A stretch of 64,000 nucleotides of DNA, from the NCBI GenBank assembly GCA_050011875.1, contig JBEKIG010000004.1:96001-160000 (forward strand), read 5' to 3'. The stretch's first letter is position 1, and each line of letters begins with the position of its first letter. Source of the stretch: Nitrososphaeria archaeon (GTDB lineage Archaea; Thermoproteota; Nitrososphaeria; JACIWG01). Shown piece after piece: positions 58,676 through 64,000 of this stretch. The notes under the pieces were generated by a model. The model was not told the DNA's origin. It ran no database searches and saw nothing but the letters and a program-made list of their open reading frames with translations. A program made the translations under genes and the position numbers.

Positions 58676-59218
58676 TCAAACTCTATGCCTCTCCGTGACC
58701 TCCACATGTTCGATCACAATCACCGCTCCGATAACCACCCGGTGATCAGCTTCTCCAGTTATCGAGACCCCGAGCTGATCCCGCACCGAGACCCACTTCT
58801 TGTGCACAGAAGCCACCTGAACCCCGTTAACCTGCATCTGATAATCATGCTCCGTGAAGTTTCCGAAGATGCGCATAAACTCAACCCCATCTTTTTCCAC
58901 CCAGTACTCTGACCCGATCAACTTGACCACCTTCCTCTTTATGGTTCCCAGTTCCACTCCAGCACTGTCAAAGAAAGTGAACTGGTTTCCGAGTGAAAAT
59001 ACTTTCCCTTCGAGATGCATCAACTCAGAACCATTGACATCTATGACGACGAACTTGGCTGGCAACTGAAAAAGATTGCCATCAGCCTCCCCCAATTTCG
59101 TCCCTGTAACATTCTCCAGATCATAGTGCTCACGCGCAGAGAGTATCTTCTTCTTCAGAATGAAATCGTTGACTTCAAAGAGATAATTTGTGCTATTCAT
59201 TAACTCACGAGGGAACAA
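58676..59218 (-). CDS. LURP-one/Tubby-C (scramblase-like) protein
   Basis: KKILSARE, GNFTEHDY, VASVHKKWVSVRD. Confidence 0.8.
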   Translation of the reverse strand: MFPRELMNSTNYLFEVNDFILKKKILSAREHYDLENVTGTKLGEADGNLFQLPAKFVVIDVNGSELMHLEGKVFSLGNQFTFFDSAGVELGTIKRKVVKLIGSEYWVEKDGVEFMRIFGNFTEHDYQMQVNGVQVASVHKKWVSVRDQLGVSITGEADHRVVIGAVIVIEHVEVTERHRV

Positions 59219-59578
59219 CGGCGTCCTGTAATTAAAACCTTTAGTGCCGTACAGTCGTTCATTTACCGATTATTCCATATTAGTCCAATAGGTAAACAAG
59301 GAAACCCTTGTATTATATCTGAAATCATTGATACGTCAACAAGAAATCAAAACCGCTTGGGGTTATAGAGAATATGCAACATCTCAAATCCTGCAAAGAG
59401 TGCAGAACGGATTACAGAATTATAGATCGTCCGTTATTCCAAAGCAAAATCTCTAATGCTATTTTCAAACAGACTTACATCACATACAACTAAGTCTCTT
59501 CCAGCTTCTATTTTTAAAGTGGATAAAAATCTAGCTGCTAAAATCTTAAGGCTTACCAGCAAAGCTCGATTTCAACCT

Positions 59579-61261
59579 TTAATTGAGATCTTTGATGTAC
59601 CTGTGTCCATACAGTCTCTGAAAGGGTATGGGTATTCCTTGAGGATTTATCTTAACGTCCAAGACAACGGGGCCCTTGTTCCAGTCAAGGGCGTTTTTTA
59701 TAGAAGGATAGAGATCTTCCCTTTTCTCCACACTTATCCCCTTTGCACCTAATGCGTCAGCGATCTTCGAGAAATCCACCTTAGGTATTTTGTACAGCTC
59801 TCTGGTATCACTATGATATTTAACGTGCTCATAAATTCTTAACACCTTATAGCTGGAATCGTTAAACACTACGATGATCGGTTTTGCACCATACTCTACT
59901 GCTGTCGCAATTTCCAGACCGGTCATCAAAAAACCGCCGTCACCGACGATTCCGAAAACCTGCTTATTCGGATACTCTATTGAAGCCGCAACAGCACCTG
60001 GCACTGCTAATCCCATCGAAATATAGCTTGTCGTAGTGACGTAGGTGCCTGAAATATACACGGGCATGATAAAGGTTTCCACACGATGGGCGCCGACATC
60101 ACATATGAAGATAGCATCCTTTTCAGCCATCTCTCTAACAGCCTTTACTACTTCAAAAGATTCTATCAGATCTGTTTTGGCCTCAGAATAGAATCTTTCG
60201 ATTTCTTGAGATTCTTTTTCCCGGATGATAGACAGCATCGATTCGTTATTTATCTTATAAGAATATTTTCTTGAAGACAGTTCCTTTAGCAGACTTGAAA
60301 GGAACTCTTTCGCATCTGAAATAATCGCGATTTCTGGTTTGAATGTTCTACCTATCTCATTTCCATCGATGTTGACATGAACTAGACTACCATTTATTTT
60401 AAGACTGTACCTACCTGTCCCCATTTCGCTGAAGCGATTACCTACCGCTAACACGACATCAGCTCTAGAGATTACGGTCTGAGCCGTCGCATCGCCTGTT
60501 CTCCCTGCGGCCACTCCGGCATATAGTGGATGTTCATTGGGAATCAGGCCCTTAGCCATAATCGTTGTGGTAATGGGAGCTCCAAGTAGTTCTGCGACAC
60601 TTATCAACTCATTCTCCCCTTCAGCGAGATAAACACCTCTTCCGGCTATTATTACTGGTAGACCTGCTTTTTCAAGAAGATCAGCGACAAGTTTGACGGA
60701 CCCTGAATCCAACTTCGGCTTACGAATTCGACCTTTAACGTATTCGACTCGAACACCGTCTTCAACAAGTAAATCAACGGAGAGCTCCACATAGACTGGG
60801 CCCGGCTTATCGCTCGCTGAATCGACAAAAGCTTTCGAAATACAAGAAGAAATTTGATCGTAGCATTCAATTCTGTACTGGGTTTTAGTTACGGGTTTCA
60901 TGAGCTCCATTTGATCGCCGCGCTTAACAAGCTGATGCATATGCGAAGTTTTACCGTCATCGCTCGGAAAGCCTCCTATCACAACAAGAGGGTCTCCTTC
61001 AACCATAGCAGCTGCAATTGGCGAAAGAGAACCGATAACACCAGGTCCAGCTGTAACCACTAGGAGTCCGGGTAGTCGTTTAACCCTTGAATATATAACT
61101 GCCATAAATGCTGCAGATAATTCGAGTTTAGAATTAACTAGCTTTATGCCCTTGACAAGCAATGATTTAAGAAGGGGGCTAATATTTTCAGCAGAAACAG
61201 TAAAGGCCGTCTCAACGCCTTCGTCAGCCAAGCATTCGGCGATAAAATCGCTTCCTCTCAA
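59579..61261 (-). CDS. Thiamine-pyrophosphate enzyme (acetolactate synthase-like)
   Basis: TAGPG, PGPVYVE, DVGAH, GDGGFLM...FND. Confidence 0.87.
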   Translation of the reverse strand: MRGSDFIAECLADEGVETAFTVSAENISPLLKSLLVKGIKLVNSKLELSAAFMAVIYSRVKRLPGLLVVTAGPGVIGSLSPIAAAMVEGDPLVVIGGFPSDDGKTSHMHQLVKRGDQMELMKPVTKTQYRIECYDQISSCISKAFVDSASDKPGPVYVELSVDLLVEDGVRVEYVKGRIRKPKLDSGSVKLVADLLEKAGLPVIIAGRGVYLAEGENELISVAELLGAPITTTIMAKGLIPNEHPLYAGVAAGRTGDATAQTVISRADVVLAVGNRFSEMGTGRYSLKINGSLVHVNIDGNEIGRTFKPEIAIISDAKEFLSSLLKELSSRKYSYKINNESMLSIIREKESQEIERFYSEAKTDLIESFEVVKAVREMAEKDAIFICDVGAHRVETFIMPVYISGTYVTTTSYISMGLAVPGAVAASIEYPNKQVFGIVGDGGFLMTGLEIATAVEYGAKPIIVVFNDSSYKVLRIYEHVKYHSDTRELYKIPKVDFSKIADALGAKGISVEKREDLYPSIKNALDWNKGPVVLDVKINPQGIPIPFQRLYGHRYIKDLN

Positions 61262-61319
61262 AGATAAACCATTTATAGTAGGGCGTGCAGCGTTATAAGC
61301 CTTTTGAGATTTGGATAAA

Positions 61320-62342
61320 TCATCTTTCTTTGAGATTGGGGTTTGAAGTAGGTTCTACTTTATGCTTCCACATCTTTGGATAGGTCTCCTGACTCATTAT
61401 CACTCGTTCAGTCTTTACGGCGATCCCCCTTGGGCTTTCTTCTATTTCATCGGAATTCATTACAGCTTTGCCTAAAGCGACAAGCTCACCCTTCAAACTT
61501 AACATGACGACTAGATCACCTCTAGCAATGTTAAATGAAAACTTGGTTAGACCTGGAACAGCAAGCTGAGCGCCATGGCAAACTGCGTCGATTGCGGAAT
61601 CTCTTACAAACACCTTCTTGAAAGGTTGAAGGACACCCTCAATTGGTCTAATAAGGGTTCGAAGATCCTGTTCGTCGTCTTTCTCTTTCCATCTGTGAAC
61701 TGCTTCAGCAAACTCGTGCAACCTGACCAGTCCTTGATCCTCACTTAAGTGATAGACCTTTGTCCTCCTCAGCTCGACCATTGTGGCTCCTACAGCCAGA
61801 ACCTCGCCGATGTCGTACACAAGCTTCCTTATGTAGGTACCTGCTTCACAGTTGATTCTGATAACCATCAAGCGACCAACCTTCTCAATAACATCCATCT
61901 TGTAAATCGTCCTAGGTCTTATCACCCTCTTTACACTTGACTTTTGAGGGGGCCTCTGATAGATGGGGCCTGTAAATTCTTCCAAAACACTGTCAAGTTT
62001 AGCTTGAGGTACATCGTTATGTAATCTAACAACCGACACATATTCTTTTGGACCTAACAGAAAAAGACCTAGAGCCTTTGTAGCGTTCCCCAGTGCGATA
62101 GGTAAAAGGCCTGAAACGCCGGGGTCAAGTGTTCCGCTGTGTCCAGCCTTCTCTTTCTTAAGCATCTTCCTGACCCAGGCTACAACTTCATGACTTGATG
62201 GGCCGCGAGGCTTATCTAGTGGGATAAAACCATAATCAAGGTAAACCTCAATAGGCCTCTTGTCTGGATAAAAGCCATAGCTCTCGTTCGTTTTATCCTC
62301 CGATAGAACGACCATTGATTCCTCCTCTATCTCAGCAGGCAT
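61320..62342 (-). CDS. cbf5: H/ACA pseudouridine synthase Cbf5
   Basis: DKPRGPSSHEV, GHSGTLDP, GTYIRKL, PUA domain. Confidence 0.95.
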   Translation of the reverse strand: MPAEIEEESMVVLSEDKTNESYGFYPDKRPIEVYLDYGFIPLDKPRGPSSHEVVAWVRKMLKKEKAGHSGTLDPGVSGLLPIALGNATKALGLFLLGPKEYVSVVRLHNDVPQAKLDSVLEEFTGPIYQRPPQKSSVKRVIRPRTIYKMDVIEKVGRLMVIRINCEAGTYIRKLVYDIGEVLAVGATMVELRRTKVYHLSEDQGLVRLHEFAEAVHRWKEKDDEQDLRTLIRPIEGVLQPFKKVFVRDSAIDAVCHGAQLAVPGLTKFSFNIARGDLVVMLSLKGELVALGKAVMNSDEIEESPRGIAVKTERVIMSQETYPKMWKHKVEPTSNPNLKER

Positions 62343-62343
62343 C

Positions 62344-62904
62344 TTATTGTCCAAGATTGCTTAACCTTATTTGAATATAGTATTTAAGTATCGAAAAAAC
62401 TTCGTCTTCATTCAAACCCTGAATCGATAGAACGAGGTCGCACATGTTCTTAACATCGTCCAAAGTTATGTTATAATATCTTTTAAAACGATTTATCTCA
62501 CTTGATTCTCTCCCAAGCGTCTCGTTATAGGCTTCTTGATAAGATCTCCCATCCCTTTTTGCTATCCTTTCAATCCTAACATTATCCGGCATAGTGAGGA
62601 ATATTTTTATATTCGCTATACCTTCAAGAAACCAAGCACTCAACATGGAATCGATTGCAACGTTACCCTTCTTACCTTCCTCCACCATTGCACCGTCGAT
62701 TAAACGGTCAATTTTATCAGAATTTTCCGCCATCTCAGACAAAGATAAAAGCGAGAGATTTTTTGATTCGGCAAGACTTCTGAAGATCATGCCGCCTGAA
62801 ACATGTCTTAGGCCAAAGAATTCAGCTATCTTTTTTGCTTGAGTAGTTTTTCCTACACCGTGAAGACCGCTTACCGCAATAACAATGTTACGCGGGTTAG
62901 TCAA
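62344..62904 (-). CDS. cmk: Archaeal cytidylate kinase
   Basis: SGLHGVGKTT, SGGMIFR, RIAKRD; conserved position before cbf5. Confidence 0.85.
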   Translation of the reverse strand: MTNPRNIVIAVSGLHGVGKTTQAKKIAEFFGLRHVSGGMIFRSLAESKNLSLLSLSEMAENSDKIDRLIDGAMVEEGKKGNVAIDSMLSAWFLEGIANIKIFLTMPDNVRIERIAKRDGRSYQEAYNETLGRESSEINRFKRYYNITLDDVKNMCDLVLSIQGLNEDEVFSILKYYIQIRLSNLGQ

Positions 62905-63388
62905 GGCTTGTCCCAGCCAGCTTAGTAATCAAGGTCGAGAAGGAGAAGGACGTTATTAGATACCACCAAAAGAGTTGGACGCCTCCGGCGGCAGTCACTA
63001 TAAAAGGTATTTGTATAGGTGACGAGGCAACGACAGATGCACCCCCGATCAGACTAGCTATAAAGTAGTAAATTAACATGAATGGTATTATGAAAATAAA
63101 GGATGCCTTCAGACGCTGATTAGAGGATTTCATCTCCATGTCTCTAACACTCTTCTCCTTCTTTTTTAGCTTCGCTTCTTTTACCTTGTCGCCTTTTTTT
63201 ATCGCATCCATCAGTTCGCCTCTAAACTGTTTGGCTTCGCGGGCAACGCGCCTCATTTCATCGACATTAGTGAGAAGACGCGTAGCCACCTGTGAAATTA
63301 TGTTTAGTCCAACGGACATAGCAACAAGAAGTAGAGTTGAATTTGGGATATCCTTCCATACAATCTGAAGCACTATTGGCTCTAACAT
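62897..63388 (-). CDS. EMC3/TMCO1 (DUF106) membrane insertase family
   Basis: TM-coiled coil-TM-TM layout, WWYLITS; downstream of secY. Confidence 0.85.
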   Translation of the reverse strand: MLEPIVLQIVWKDIPNSTLLLVAMSVGLNIISQVATRLLTNVDEMRRVAREAKQFRGELMDAIKKGDKVKEAKLKKKEKSVRDMEMKSSNQRLKASFIFIIPFMLIYYFIASLIGGASVVASSPIQIPFIVTAAGGVQLFWWYLITSFSFSTLITKLAGTSLD

Positions 63389-63481
63389 TTCACAAAACTC
63401 TCTTTATACTTCTTAAGGTTTACACCCTGCGAAAAATTATATATACTTTGTGCATACACATATCTTATTAACCTTAAAATA

Positions 63482-64000
63482 TCAACTTCTACCAAGTATA
63501 CCACTTAATCTCGGCATAAGCTCTTCCATCTGCTCCTGCACCAGCGTCTGATAGTATTGGATACCTATATCGACCATGAGAAGGATACCGATACCCGATC
63601 CAAGAACCGAGAACAGGTCAGAGAAACCGGCTAGAAGGCCTATAAAAAGGCCTCCTAATATTGTCAGCGTTGGAATATACTTTGCCAATATCTGGCTAAT
63701 ACTTACTTCAGATCTTCTGAAACCGGGAACCTGAACCCCCGCGTCAACAAGGTTCTTAGCGACCTTTTCGGCCGAGAGGCCACCAATTTCAACCCATATC
63801 TTTGCAAAAACAACACAGAAAGCGGTAATCAGCAGTATAAAGAATAGGCAATGAACTGGATCGGTTATAAGCGAAGAAAGACCTGTGGGCGCTGTTAGGT
63901 AGTAGGCTAACCCCCCTGTTGGCGTAGTTGTTGTGCTGTTAAATTTCCCCAAAAGGTTGAGTAAAGAGTTCTTGTTCTGCGGGTTAAACCTTACCCAAAG
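63482..64000 (-). CDS. secY: Preprotein translocase SecY (C-terminal part; runs off the right edge)
   Basis: FAKIWVE, QVPGFRRS, KYIP, GSGIGILL. Confidence 0.95.
   Translation of the reverse strand, partial: LWVRFNPQNKNSLLNLLGKFNSTTTTPTGGLAYYLTAPTGLSSLITDPVHCLFFILLITAFCVVFAKIWVEIGGLSAEKVAKNLVDAGVQVPGFRRSEVSISQILAKYIPTLTILGGLFIGLLAGFSDLFSVLGSGIGILLMVDIGIQYYQTLVQEQMEELMPRLSGILGRS

Noticed and set aside
1-64000. CRISPR arrays, rRNA, Sec/Pyl recoding, C/D box sRNAs
   Set aside because: No regularly spaced repeats, rRNA-like tract, conserved in-frame TGA/TAG or complete C/D box set recognised by eye; small RNAs could have been missed without covariance-model searches.

Overview
Archaeal chromosome segment of the TACK group. 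A eukaryote-like type IB topoisomerase, BHB-intron tRNAs, archease, Cbf5 and a secY-EMC3-cmk-cbf5 block without L34e/L14e suggest a deep-branching Nitrososphaeria (Thaumarchaeota) or related lineage (inference). Core housekeeping blocks lie at about 1-7.5 kb, 17.5-26.6 kb (tRNA-Pro, RIO-like kinase, CCA enzyme, ThpR, RNase Z, Prs, archease, tRNA-Ser) and 61-64 kb. Accessory tracts between them: (i) a 10-16.4 kb cysteine-biosynthesis/sulfur-relay cluster (HTH regulator, cysK, cysE, iscS, ThiF/E1, TusA, DsrE) whose four promoters share a palindromic TATAAC-N3-GTTATA site, the most interesting system seen; (ii) a decayed tRNA-associated island (26.6-38 kb) with an orphan tRNA 3' half, an integrase stub, a DndD-like relic and other gene fragments; (iii) glycerol utilisation, a YHS-fused glucan phosphorylase, a UxaA/SuyAB pair, a W/Mo ABC importer with a ModE-like operator, and ABC exporters. 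Two genes appear to need non-canonical start codons (ACG, CTG). No CRISPR array or rRNA was seen. All product calls come from motif recognition by eye, not database searches.
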